From: Cyanidioschyzon merolae
Lineage: Eukaryota
DNA: 64,000 nucleotides
NCBI GenBank assembly: GCA_000091205.1
Contig: AP006496.2
Strand: one strand, 5' to 3'
Shown: piece after piece, positions 1 to 11,458 of the stretch
Layout of the letters: each line of letters starts with the position of its first letter
Numbering within the stretch: position 1 is the first letter of the stretch
Notes under the pieces: model-generated
The model's database searches: none
The model's input: the letters and a program-made list of their open reading frames with translations, nothing else
Told to the model about the DNA's origin: nothing
Program-made: the position numbers and the translations under genes

Positions 1-812
1 CAGCTTGTTCGTGTGGTCCTGAAATCACTGGGATACCGTCGCAGAAAAGTCCGACTTCACCCACGACCAACTTCCACCGAACTCGCAACAACAGCGTCTC
101 TGGAAAGTCGCTATCGATATGAAGCCGAGTGACGCTGGTGTGTTTTCTCAGTCGATAAGACTTGCTTCGGGTGAAACGGGCGGCGCGTATACGGGTATGC
201 GCGGAGCAGGGCGCTCGTTGTACGTCTGGTGAAGCTCGAAGAGAACGGAGATATCATCATCCGTTCTATCTGGAATGGATTCATTTGGCAGCCTCAGTTT
301 TGGCTCCTAGAGAAGACTTACAGAACAGCACCAACCATATTATCGAATCATTGAAGACTTTTCCCTGACGTCTGGTGATGTCCTTCTATCAGACAACGTG
401 GTATTTCACCATTCGCAATGTGTTCAAGCTTGTGCGGATGATATCTGGGAACAGAGTCGCTCTTCATTCCTTCGTACTGTACGTGTTTCGGCTTCATCAA
501 AAGAGAGTTTTCTATCGCGGAACGTTAGGATCGCACCACTCGGCGAATCGCTGAAGCGTTCTGCGCAAGGTGACACACCGGGGCACATAACCTCTTGCTT
601 CCACCAGTCCTTCGCGCTCCGGGAAGGTCGTCACCTCAGGCCATAAACCAGTGCCTTCATGTTCATAAATAAAAAATCTATGGGAAAGTTACGTGCATAA
701 AAGTCGAGGATGCTGGCGACCCGCTGGGTCCCGCGGCAACTCCTGCGTTCCTGCGAATTTGCGCTCTCGATGCAAGTCAGATAGGTTTTCCTTTGTAGGC
801 ACGTTCCAAAGA

Positions 813-2087
813 ATGCTTTGGTGTTCAAGTCCTGACCGATTGCGTTGCATACACAGACATTTTCTCTGGCACTTACTCACTTTAAGTCTGTCGATCATCC
901 AGGGTTTCGCGGTCTCAAGAGCGCTGTACGCAGACCATTCGCCTGTTGTCCGTCTCACAGACGACAACTTCCGACGACTGGTGTTGGACTCGTCAGAAAC
1001 CTGGCTGGTAGAGTTTTACGCACCCTGGTGTGGCCACTGTCGCAGTCTCGCACCAAACTGGGAAAAAGCGGCTCGAAGACTGAACGGTCTCGTGCGTGTC
1101 GGTGCAGTCGACTGCGAGCAAAACAGGGCGCTGGCCCAGGAGTACAATATTCAAGCGTTTCCAACGATCAAGCTTTTCACCGGACGCAAACGCACCACTG
1201 AGCGCCGCCAGCCTCTGGACTACCACGGAGGCCGCTCACTGAAAGATATTGTACGTTTCGCGCGTCGCTCGCTCGTCGGGTATGTCCACACAGTGGATCC
1301 CAGCGGTGTGGACGCTTTCCTCCGAGAGGAATCCTCAAAAGGCCACGTGCTTCTGGTGACCACGAACCAGCGCACGAGTGCGATTTATCGAGCGCTCTCT
1401 GAGCGCCATGTCGACCGTGCACTCTTCGGTGTTATGCGGCTTGCCGCGCATGATGAGGCCTCTATGAGCGCGCTCTTGAAGCGCCTGGGGGCGCAACCTC
1501 GTCTCCCCGCGGTCATCGGTGTTCCGGCTGGAGCAGACCTGGACTCAAATACGGTACTCGTCCTCAATGATAGAGAGAAAATGAGCATCCGGGCTCTCGA
1601 TGACCTGGTGAGGCAACTTGTCAACAAAACGAACCGCCAACCGACGACAAAGCCGACGGCGACGGCAAACATAGAGAAACGCTCCAGCACGACCGCGCAG
1701 GCGGCCGGAAACAGTTGGCACGATCTATTCGGAAATGAGTGCACCGCTCGGGATTCAGTCCGACTTTGCGTGATCTTAGCTCAACCAGAACTAGAGAAGC
1801 TTGTCGACGCACTGAATGAGAAATACGTACACGATGGCGTGCACGTAGCCATGAGAGAGGCACGTGTGTTACGCTCGCGACTCAAACTCGCCCCAAATAC
1901 CTTGGCGCTGGTGATTCGACCGCGTAAGCAGCGCATAGCTGTGCTAGAACACGACGTCGTTAACGCATTACCCGCAGCGGATGGGATCAGCGCTTTTATT
2001 GATCGCGCCTTGGGAGGTGATCTGCGATACCGACCGCTCAGCGACCTTTTAGAACCCTCGACGGATGCAACCAGAGATGAGTTATAA
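813..2087 (+). CDS. Protein disulfide isomerase-like thioredoxin-domain protein, ER-resident, with a probable signal peptide and C-terminal RDEL
   Basis: ORF 693..2087 carries a thioredoxin active-site block WLVEFYAPWCGHCRSLAPNWEKAA...FPTIKLF. The internal Met at 813 is followed by a hydrophobic signal-like segment, FLWHLLTLSLSIIQGFAVSRALYA. The C-terminal tetrapeptide RDEL is a KDEL-type ER retrieval motif. Confidence 0.8.
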   Translation: MLWCSSPDRLRCIHRHFLWHLLTLSLSIIQGFAVSRALYADHSPVVRLTDDNFRRLVLDSSETWLVEFYAPWCGHCRSLAPNWEKAARRLNGLVRVGAVDCEQNRALAQEYNIQAFPTIKLFTGRKRTTERRQPLDYHGGRSLKDIVRFARRSLVGYVHTVDPSGVDAFLREESSKGHVLLVTTNQRTSAIYRALSERHVDRALFGVMRLAAHDEASMSALLKRLGAQPRLPAVIGVPAGADLDSNTVLVLNDREKMSIRALDDLVRQLVNKTNRQPTTKPTATANIEKRSSTTAQAAGNSWHDLFGNECTARDSVRLCVILAQPELEKLVDALNEKYVHDGVHVAMREARVLRSRLKLAPNTLALVIRPRKQRIAVLEHDVVNALPAADGISAFIDRALGGDLRYRPLSDLLEPSTDATRDEL

Positions 2088-2945
2088 ACGATGAGCCTCG
2101 TTCGCGTACCGGCGTCTGCACCAGTGCGACTCCCTGAACGATTTGATGCTGTCGTTTTATGCTAGTGAGAGGCGCCATTCGGAACATCTTGCTAGGCAAA
2201 CTCACATTTGCTCGGAGTGATATTGGAGCAGCGGCCGCATAACCCTGATGGCCACGTCGCGGTACCACGAGTACCCTGCAGAGGTATCGCGGTTTATCGG
2301 AAGCGCGCGCTTCGTACCGCCCGGTCGCTACCGTCTCTCCGCGTGTTGTAGCGTCGCCGCTTGCGGAAACATGCCCGCTCTCGTGCCCTGAAGTTGTCCC
2401 GTTTTCACGCTATCTCGTATTGAGATTCCTGCCCATTGATGGGTCGCAACGGCCAGCGTCGTAGTTCGGAAGCGAGCGCGTGTGCCGTCGACGATTCGCG
2501 ACATGCGTCAATGAGAGACTCGAGAAACTCGGACGAGAACGAGTACTGCTCGCTTCCACTTTTTCCCACGAAATAGCCCTATGCAGCGCACGACCATGTT
2601 TACATGCGCGCTTATCATCGCATCGTCGTGGTATTCTGCGCCTCTGCAAGAGGCCCCAACACACTTACAGACGCACAGAGGATAGTGTCTTGAGTCGTTG
2701 CTCTGGCGACTCTGCTTCCGTACACGTTGCAAAGAGCTGCTCACTGCGCATGCAAAGCTATAACCGGTAGAGAAATTCGGGACGCTTTGGCTACAGATAC
2801 GACTATATGCACAAAGCGCTGTCGAGGCATAATGCGCGTACATGGTTCAGTGACTCGGTAACTGGCAACGTATCCGAGGCGGTATGGACGCGACCCAGTG
2901 TGAGGCGGCTGGGAAGCGTTCGCAATTGCTGCGTTTCTACGCTTA

Positions 2946-3431
2946 CTACCCTGAAGACGGGGGCCGCGGGTCGCGGGGTACCTCAGCTTCTTCAGCCAAC
3001 CTAACGTAGGCGTATTTAAAGTCTTGGTCTCGCCAGTCGTAGCGGCCGAGGTAGCGTCGCCGTTTCCCGTAAACGTTGAGGGTATTCACTCGCTCCACTG
3101 GAAGTCCATATAGCTTCTCCAAAATCTGTTTAATCTCCACTCGTGTCAAGCTGGGGACGGTTTTGAGTTTGATGAAGCGCGTGCGGAAAGTGTCCGCTGT
3201 GGACTTGGAGAGCTGTTTCTGCTCGGCACGCAGGGCCGGCTCAAAGCGAAGACGAAGGTTAAAGTTCGGGAAGTACAGACGGGGTGGCATCGGTAACTTT
3301 GCAACCAATGCCCTTGAAAATATGCGTTTCTTTTCCCGAACCGGTGCTAAAATCGTTATCCTTACCGTAAGACTGACCGTAGGTGCTCGCCCGCACTGCA
3401 AGCCACGCCGCAGCGACAACGTTGTGAGCAA
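2946..3431 (-). CDS. MRPL23: Mitochondrial ribosomal protein L23 (uL23m); the likely true start is the internal Met at 3290
   Basis: PRLYFPNFNLRLRF...FRTRFIKLKTVPSLTRVEIKQILEKLYGLPVERVNTLNVYGKRRR...DFKYAYVRLAEE aligns by eye with human MRPL23 (LRVFRTNFFIQLVRP...[31 protein letters not shown]...DYKVAYVQLA). The gene is convergent with the PDI-like gene. Confidence 0.7.
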   Translation of the reverse strand: MLTTLSLRRGLQCGRAPTVSLTVRITILAPVREKKRIFSRALVAKLPMPPRLYFPNFNLRLRFEPALRAEQKQLSKSTADTFRTRFIKLKTVPSLTRVEIKQILEKLYGLPVERVNTLNVYGKRRRYLGRYDWRDQDFKYAYVRLAEEAEVPRDPRPPSSG

Positions 3432-6400
3432 GGATTGTGTCCTTCTCGGCGAGACGGGTGTCGCATCGTTTCCGCTTCACCCGCGTCAGGTTCGAGCAGA
3501 ACACTGCACTGCTCGCTCCGTTCCCACATCTCGAACTTCTTCCGAACTTTTCTTCGATGAACAGCCTTGAAATTCCAGGTACAACTCTAACTGGTGACGT
3601 ATTCGTACGTGTTTTCAAGATCATCGGTCGTATTTTTCGGAGTGGCTCCTTTGAAACTTTGCCACGGGCATTCTTGACGTTACGGGAGTCAAGGCGATGC
3701 GTGACGCACTCGAACAGGATTTCAAAAAAAAGACCAATATCGTTCTTGAATATGTAGGAATAAACCTTGACGTTTCGTACCGTGTACGATATCCAAACCG
3801 CATACGCTTCAGGTTTTCTATTCTTATGTTTCATGGCATTTCATGTGTGCACAGCGACTGAAGCCGCTGGATTGGCGACGAAATATCCTCGGTGTCATTT
3901 CCTGAGGATTTGCCCGCAAGCTCATGCCAGCTCCTCACGAATCCCGGCACATCAAATAATCGATTCCGCTCGAAACACGAATGCTCCTCTCTTAATCGCC
4001 ACCGTGAAAATGGTATTCGACGCAGCACGATACCTCCGAAGGGGGAATGCTCGCAGGGGCTCCCGTCTGTTTTGTTTGCCCGGAAAAGAGTCCCTGACTC
4101 GGACTTGAATCATTTCAGTGATCTAGTCCAGTGAAGGATACGTCATCGCTTGGCACGAAGGGAGCATAGACGGTTGGACACTTCTCGATTCCCTTTCTAG
4201 ATCAGAACTTTATGTTGAATTCGTAATTCGTGATGGACAACATCGCGCCCCGCAGATTCATTCTCAAACGCAAAAGCGTGCATCCGCGTGTGCTGCGGAT
4301 AAAGGACTTGCCTTGGGGATCGCCCGGAAGCAGGCCGTGATCCTGGTACACCACATCGGGCACGGAAACGGATGAGAACATCCAGGAGATCTTTCCGTGT
4401 ATGTCTTGGGGATGCGCCAGCCATGTTCAGCATCTTGTAGCGTGACAGAGCGACACTCGCATGAAAAGCACTAGTAGACATATGTGACCATCTGGCTACG
4501 TTGAAGCGTCAACGCTGCGGACGGCGCATCGAGACGATCGAGAAAGATGATGAAAATTTTCACAAGCAGCATCGTTCGCCACTATCTTCCGTGCATCAAA
4601 TGCGTGAACAACTACCCGAAGCATTTTAGTCGGGAGTTTCACGCAGCCACGAACATCCCCCGACTGCTGCTAACGGCGCTGTAAGGACAGGAGACACCGG
4701 CGTATGTAACGCGGGATGTAAGCGCAAGGAAAAGAAAACAGTCGCCGAAAAAGCGCCCAAAGTGCGCTTTGAATGACACGGGGAAGAAACAAAAACTTTA
4801 GCGTGTACACACGAGTTGGCTAAGTGCGACCCGCACCATCCCAGTCTGACATGGATCTAAACTAGGCGGAAACGTCAAGTCGTGTGGTTGTGCATCTGGT
4901 CATTGCGTTTTCAGGGAGGATCCGATAAACTTTTGCCGTTATCGATGCGCGTTCTCGCGTTTCGGGGAAGCACGGGCTCGTGCGACATCCGAGTCAGCAA
5001 CGGTAGGATTCGTCGACACTGTTGTGTCCGGTTCCTTGAGGAGTTGAGCATCCGTCGCTGCCGCCGTGCGCGCTCCGAACAGGTCTGTAGTGATGGAGCG
5101 CTCCTCAAAGCATTCATTTAGTCTTGATAGTCTCTATCCCGCCGGCGTCTGAGAATAGGGCGCTGCTGATGTGCCTCGCGTGACGGGTATCAAAGTGCGA
5201 GCCCGGTGAGCAACTCGTGTGCGCCAATCGTCGCTCTGGTTTTTCTGGAACGCCATTCCGCACTCTGCCCCGTTCAAAGGGTATCGCACGCGCATCTGCT
5301 CTCGAAGCCTCCAATAAACACCAGCTTGTGTCCGCAAGAACTTGAAAAATTCCAAGGAACCGCGCTCAGATACCAGCAACAACTTCCCTTCATGACATAA
5401 AACGTGATGCATATGCGGAAAGCGCTCGCAATGTAAGCACCCCAAAGTGCGGCTCAAGTGTTTGTCGACTCGTTTTCGAACATTTCCTGGTCGGCCGAAA
5501 GCGCCACCCTCGACTTTCGTGACTTGCCGTCGATGGACTACGAGCACGATCCACGCACCTCATCAAAACTCGACTTGTATGGACATAGAGGACGATGGAA
5601 CCTCGCGCCAGTGCCGCTCGGTGCCGCTGGATTCCTCCTCATTTTTGGAAATTGACGCAACATTGTACGTTTTGTAACTGCAACTCCAGCGACGCTTCCA
5701 AGGACGAGTCCGCCACTAGGGAGCGCCCCGTGTACGGACGCATGACGAACCAGATTGAACCGCTGCTCTCTACGAGTAGCGGAACATAGGCACTGCTCCA
5801 GAGAACAGCTTCCGCGGTGCCTCAAATTGAAATGCACCGGGACGTAGATGAACATGCTCAGCTCCGTATGCACAGCGCACGCTTCATGAGCATCCCATGG
5901 CCATATCTGAGGATCAATGCGAACTCGCTTTCACTGTCGAGGTCTGTCGGGCAACGCCAGGAACGGTCTTATGGCTTCAGCACTCGCAGCAGCGAGGACT
6001 CATTCGGTGTTATAGCGGGTCAACGCGAATACCGTGGCCTCGATTCGTGCAGCACGCGGAAATGCCCAAAGAATTACGCATGATCAAGCAAACTGGGCTT
6101 GAATCGGGCGCTTGTTCACGGAAATCAAACCACTGACAATGACCAGACGTCGCCAACGCGCTACCTCTCCGAACAAGCTGCAGCGCAAGCAACATTGGAC
6201 TGCACGAAATGCGTCCCTAAATACAAAGCCATTCCAAACCGGGACCGCACTCGCCTCTGTCTGTGGAAGAATCCATGTTCGCCTGAGCGCATACGCGCCT
6301 TGGGGCTTGTTTTTGTGCAGGCGTGCGTTTGTATCCGTACGCTATCCCTCAGCGGCACGTGATCTCTAGCATATGCGCCGTACGCGCGCAAAGCACCACT

Positions 6401-6444
6401 GCCGATCACCGCATACAGCGGTGCAGGCGACTGGAAACACTCGT

Positions 6445-8772
6445 TCAACTCACATAGTGGTACAGGTTAGGGTCCCGCTCATCGCGGCCGATGTATTCAC
6501 GTTGGAGGAGCGATTCAACGCGCTGCTTCACATCCGAAACCGACGGTCCGAAGCAGAGCTCGGCGCCAAGCTGCTGCACGAGGTCTGCATGCGACAGACT
6601 CTTCTGTTTCTTCAGCAACCGCACGATGGCTGCATCGATTTGGTGCTGTCGATCAGGGCTCGCTACCGGGCCGCTCGGTACCTGCTCGGGCGGCCGCTCC
6701 AACAAGGCAATGTCCAAAAGTCGCAAACGACGACGACTTGTCTGCAGATCGGCGTTGAAACGATAGCGTGCAGGAGCGGTCACAGGCCCTGATGAGGCAG
6801 CTTCTGCACCACGCTCTCGAATCAGCACCGGACACTGCGATGAGGAGAGAGAATCCAGAATCCGTTCAAGCTCCGCAGAGTCCGCGATACCGGTCTGCTG
6901 CTGTAGTTCCGCAAGCGTCCAAGCATCCCGTTCGTTGAAGAGCAGCAGCACCACGGCCTGGCTCAGCGTAACGTGAAGCACTTTCTCGCCGTTAGCAAAC
7001 TGCACCCGTAGCTCTGCGGAACTCAGAGACGGCTCCCAGATAAGGCGCCTTCCAGAAAATCGTGCGTGATAAAAGCGATGAAAAGAGCGCTGCTGACTCT
7101 CCAGCCCCGGTGGTACCTGCAGCAAGAAAGATTCGCTACTGTTCCAGTATGCCTGTGTGATGACTTTGCAGGTGAACGACGGCAATCGAGATGAACCCGA
7201 TCCCGGACCCATTCGGTACTCCTGCAAAAGGTCCTGACTAAGATCCATATCTTTGAGCATATTGACGAGATGATTGACATAGACTGCGCCACATTCGGCG
7301 CGTAGCAGTTCCACCACGTACTGCTCGCAGGCCGTCGACGCAGTGAGATCGAATAGCAAGCGCTGTGCCAGATACTTTTTGTAAAAGGCCAGAAAACTAT
7401 CCTTGCCGCTAAGATAACGAAAGAGCTCCAAAAGCTTTCCGATTTTGCGCCGTATGTCCGGCTCCGGAATCGAGGTGCTGCTCACGCGCAGCAGGTCGTG
7501 AAAAGAGCGAGCCAAGCGCTCCGCCGGTGTAGGCTGGCGGGTGTTCAGCGCCGCCTCAAAAGCCGTCTGGGCTGCATTATGGAAACGAACGTCTGCCTGA
7601 AACGCTTCCCGTTCGGTTTGCTCGGCACGATCCAGCAACGCTAACAATCGCTCTATCATTTCGTGATCACGCGCCCGATCGTTCACGATCTGTGTCCCTC
7701 GAACACGAATATAATCACTGTAGCGCGGCACAAGACGCCACAATTCATCTATGGATCGCAACAGCACATAGAGACGACGCAAATCCGTTAGAGATACAGC
7801 GTCTAAGAGGCTCTCCAGGCCCCGATCCATCATCACACTCACACAGTGGCGACCGAGCACATCGTGCAGGATCGCGAACAGCGGTTTCTCCGTGCTCGGC
7901 TCGAGGTGGAGGCGGCAGCGCTCAGCCTCGGCCTGTGTACTGTGCTCAAAATAGGCCAAATAGTCCGATAGAGTTCCCTGTGTGACAAATTCGGTGCCTT
8001 TCGCCACATAAAATGCGCGCGTCTGCTGGAAGAAGAGCGGCTCGAAGTGGGTGCGATAGAAACCCAACGGTGCGAACATCTCCCTAAGAATAGCGCGTAA
8101 GTCTGAGCAATCTCCTCGCTGTTTGCCTTTGCGATCCAGCTCGATTTCCAGAAGCACTGCTCCGAGCGTCGGCAGGAGGACGCGTTGTTGTTCCGCGAGC
8201 ATGTGCTTCGCGAACAGCTCTAGCGCCATCTCCCACAGCGACGGCACCTGAGGACTTTCCGCCGCATAAGTCCGATCGAGGTAGAGAAAAATCGCCTGGA
8301 TATCCCGAAATCGCTCACAGAAAGCTCGCCACACATCGAGCACAGGAGCAAAAGCGGGCCGCTCCGTTGGTTCAACTGCCTGAGCGCTACCCTGTGCCAC
8401 GTGCAGCATAGCCGCTAGGACGGGATCGCTCAGCTGTTCCCGAAAAACGCGCTCGAGATACCCGTCCACCTCCCGCTGCAAGTCCGCGTACAGCTGCTTT
8501 GCGAGATGGTGCAGACACAAGTCCTCCACGCGGCGATAGTGCTCTTCGTACGAGAGCGGCCTCCGCGAAGAAGGCGAGAACACCTGGTCGAGTGCCCGTG
8601 CCAGGTGAGTCCAGCTCTCCTGATAGAACTCCTGGGGGAGTTTCGGCTCCCGCCGGAGCGGCCGAATAATGAGCTTTTTGGGTGCTCGCTGGTTTGATTC
8701 CATCTCCTCTGTGACTGAGCGGGTCCCAGGCGCTTCGCAACCAGCTCCAAACTCCTCGTTCGCAGCGTTCAC
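6445..8772 (-). CDS. CUL4: Cullin-4-like ubiquitin-ligase scaffold
   Basis: 775-aa ORF. The N-terminal KKLIIRPLRREPKLPQEFYQESWTHLARALDQVF resembles the CUL4 N-terminus. Cullin-homology and C-terminal winged-helix motifs are present (VNHLVNMLKDMDLS, IDAAIVRLLKKQKSLSHADLVQQL, ESLLQREYIGRDERDPNLYHYVS), including the neddylation-site region. Confidence 0.85.
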   Translation of the reverse strand: MNAANEEFGAGCEAPGTRSVTEEMESNQRAPKKLIIRPLRREPKLPQEFYQESWTHLARALDQVFSPSSRRPLSYEEHYRRVEDLCLHHLAKQLYADLQREVDGYLERVFREQLSDPVLAAMLHVAQGSAQAVEPTERPAFAPVLDVWRAFCERFRDIQAIFLYLDRTYAAESPQVPSLWEMALELFAKHMLAEQQRVLLPTLGAVLLEIELDRKGKQRGDCSDLRAILREMFAPLGFYRTHFEPLFFQQTRAFYVAKGTEFVTQGTLSDYLAYFEHSTQAEAERCRLHLEPSTEKPLFAILHDVLGRHCVSVMMDRGLESLLDAVSLTDLRRLYVLLRSIDELWRLVPRYSDYIRVRGTQIVNDRARDHEMIERLLALLDRAEQTEREAFQADVRFHNAAQTAFEAALNTRQPTPAERLARSFHDLLRVSSTSIPEPDIRRKIGKLLELFRYLSGKDSFLAFYKKYLAQRLLFDLTASTACEQYVVELLRAECGAVYVNHLVNMLKDMDLSQDLLQEYRMGPGSGSSRLPSFTCKVITQAYWNSSESFLLQVPPGLESQQRSFHRFYHARFSGRRLIWEPSLSSAELRVQFANGEKVLHVTLSQAVVLLLFNERDAWTLAELQQQTGIADSAELERILDSLSSSQCPVLIRERGAEAASSGPVTAPARYRFNADLQTSRRRLRLLDIALLERPPEQVPSGPVASPDRQHQIDAAIVRLLKKQKSLSHADLVQQLGAELCFGPSVSDVKQRVESLLQREYIGRDERDPNLYHYVS

Positions 8773-10039
8773 AAAACGAGCGCCTCTTGGAACGTACGCG
8801 AGCGCACCGCTGGCAGCGGTACGCTTGGCAACCGGTTAACCTAAAGCGGGTGTTGCAGCGGACACCATGAAAGACAGAAACCACTACCGGAGGGCAAGTG
8901 ACCCTGAAATCAAGAGTCATTGGTGAAATAGTGGCGATGGGGGCTGTTGTTAGCAATGCAGACTACCAGCGCTTGACTTTCGGTAACTGTTCTGGTCTAC
9001 TAAGGGTAGGGAGCTGGCTCGGAACGTTCCTGGGTGCCACAGGAAAACGACACCGCCACTTGGGACGCTGGCTGGTTGCTCACCAGAGCTTGTGAGCACT
9101 TGCTTGAGTTCGACATTCAGGGCTCATGTTTTCTGTAGAATGCACGTTTGCGCACTGTCTTGTTAAGTAGGGATGGAGCGTTCAGGGTTCTTGGTACTGG
9201 AAGCGCTGAACGTACGACACAGCCGAGCCAAGTGCCAGGGGAGCGGGAAGTGACTGGAGCGACGGTGTGATTAATTGACGACAACGAGGTCACTCACCGT
9301 AGTGTGCAGCTGGTAACGAGTATTCAGAGACGCTCGCGTGCAGCGTCCCGGGAATAAAACCAGGGGCAACTGAGACGCCCCGCAACGTTTCCGGGAAGCC
9401 ACACAGTTTCCATCGAGCCGGTTGGATCGCTTCAAAAGGAAGCCTTTCCCAGTATTTGACCTTGGTGGTTACTTTGTCTTCCACTGGGGCTTGCCCCTCG
9501 TTGCGAGTAGCGTGCATCACGCGAGACCTTCAACAGCGTATGTCACGGGATGCCCCGCCAGTTCTCGATCAGGAACAAAAGAGTACGGGACTTGCTGTTC
9601 TGGGCGTGCGGCAGTCGCCCCTAGTACGCATTCGTGAAACGTTTGTGGGCGCTTCTGGGCGTACGCTCTTGAAAGAGTTGCTGGCTCGAGTACAGTTTCA
9701 TGCGCGCTGGCAGTTGCTATCGTTACAGGCAAACGGAGGTTCCGCGCGGACCACGCAAGGATGCTTAGGCCGCAGACATCGGACTGGAGTCGGCTCTCAG
9801 CACAGAGCAGCTCCATCAATAAAGAGCGCGGAATGAACCGTAGGGAAATACCGCAGGCTCGTTCGTCGCTGGTATTTTCGGAATACGTCGTGCCGATTCT
9901 TCGCATAGGCACACTCACACGAGAATGAAACCGAACAGGTCTACGGACTCGGGCGTACACACGCCAAAGCCTGGCTCTCTTCCCAGTGGTACGAATAACA
10001 ACCCGTGCGGGCTTTTTCGGCGACTGCTTCTTTCTTGCT

Positions 10040-10600
10040 TTACTCTGTCTCGACCGCTCTGTTGTCAACAGTCGAGGGATACTCATGGCTGCGTTCAAGT
10101 CCCTGGGACGATGTTTCTGGCTGTTGTCGACACATTTCACGCACGATGTAAGTCGGGCGCTGCGCTTTGCTTGCCATATATTCACCTTGTTTATGTGCAG
10201 CCTTGATGCGCTCTTTGTAACAGTGACAATTGAGTGCGATCAGGTGTTCTTGTCTATCCATAACACGTCGTGCTGCGAGTTCCGCGCTGTGGCTCGTGAA
10301 CACCGGCTTCATCGCTCGGTTCGTGCACTTGCGCGGTACATGAGGCATATTCCGATGCACTCCTCCGTTTCCAAACCGGCTGCAGTACGCTACGATCACA
10401 TAGTTCTGCTGGATGATCGCCTCGATTACTTCGCTGTCCGCAGCACGCGCAAATGCAAACTGTTCCATTCGATGAAGGATTTGTGAAACGTGACGTTCAT
10501 GATCATGAAAAAAAGTACCGGAAGGAAAATCCAGGTTAGGGAGAAATTCGGGTAATCTAGATCCATTTGCGCTCTTTTCATGCAAACCAGTGACACAGTC
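10040..10600 (-). mobile_element. Copy A of a dispersed transposon-like repeat family; degenerate, with an ORF frame conserved in all three copies
   Basis: ORF 10040..10585 (FFHDHERHVSQILHRMEQ...YVIVAYCSRFGNGGV...EHLIALNCHCYKERIKAAH) is clearly homologous at protein and nucleotide level to 25243..25578(+) and 42908..43228(-). I could not assign it to a transposase superfamily. Confidence 0.45.
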
Positions 10601-11458
10601 CGTACTGGACGCGATTGCTGCGATGACTCTAGTCCGAATCCAAGACGCTTTTCATGCAGACGTAAGCAGTGCGGGCCTCTGGGAACAGATCCCGATGACA
10701 GGTATTGTTTTGCTGTTGAATGCGGTTTCGTCGATGGTCACGAAGCGATGGGGATTCTTCTTTAGCACGGAATCGACGATTTGTAGTGACAATCTCAGTG
10801 GACTTTCAGTGTGATCTTATGACTAATTCCTCAACAAACGCCATCGAGCACTTTTCGCTGTCAATGCAACCGCGTCAATAAATGCACCAACGAATCACCA
10901 TGAAACTTAACGATCGAAAACTTGAAGAATACGTGATTTGGGTTTCATACACGTAAGCATTCGAGAATCATGGAGGTTTCTACATACATATTGCATCGCG
11001 ATATCGGTTGTTCGACGAAACCCATCTTCGAGAGCGTCTCGAATCATCTTGATTCCGTTAACGAAACGTATTGCTGCGGCGAGAAGAACGAAGTCGAGAG
11101 AGCCACCCCATATAGACGATCGCGAGTCCCAAAACTACGTACGATGTCGATAGCCTTTATTGCTGTACTTCGAATATCAAGGATGTATATCAAAAAAGAC
11201 AGGAAAAATGGAAAAGGAGGAACAGAGCGAGCACGTCCCTGTTCCATTTTCGTCCACGACGGCTGGAGGACTGGGTATACGAACAGCGCTTTGCGATGAC
11301 GCGTCAGGTAGGTAACCCTGGAAAACAACTTGATGCGCCTACAACTTGCGTGAGCACTTGCTGAAAGCCATATTTTACTGAAGGCTGAATCAACGGACCC
11401 TGCAGATGAGTTTACGTCGACGTGACTGCGAGCCCGCGCAACCAGCACTAGCGGGCCG

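Noticed and set aside
3259-3834. 191-aa ORF overlapping the 5-prime end of the MRPL23 gene in another frame
   Set aside because: No similarity found. It overlaps the better-supported MRPL23 reading frame and is probably 5-prime UTR or intergenic DNA. I could not exclude that it is an upstream exon.
9517-10185. 222-aa ORF on the minus strand abutting repeat-family copy A
   Set aside because: Compositionally odd (R/S/T-rich) with no motif. It partly overlaps the repeat copy, so it is likely a spurious ORF or a transposon-derived remnant.
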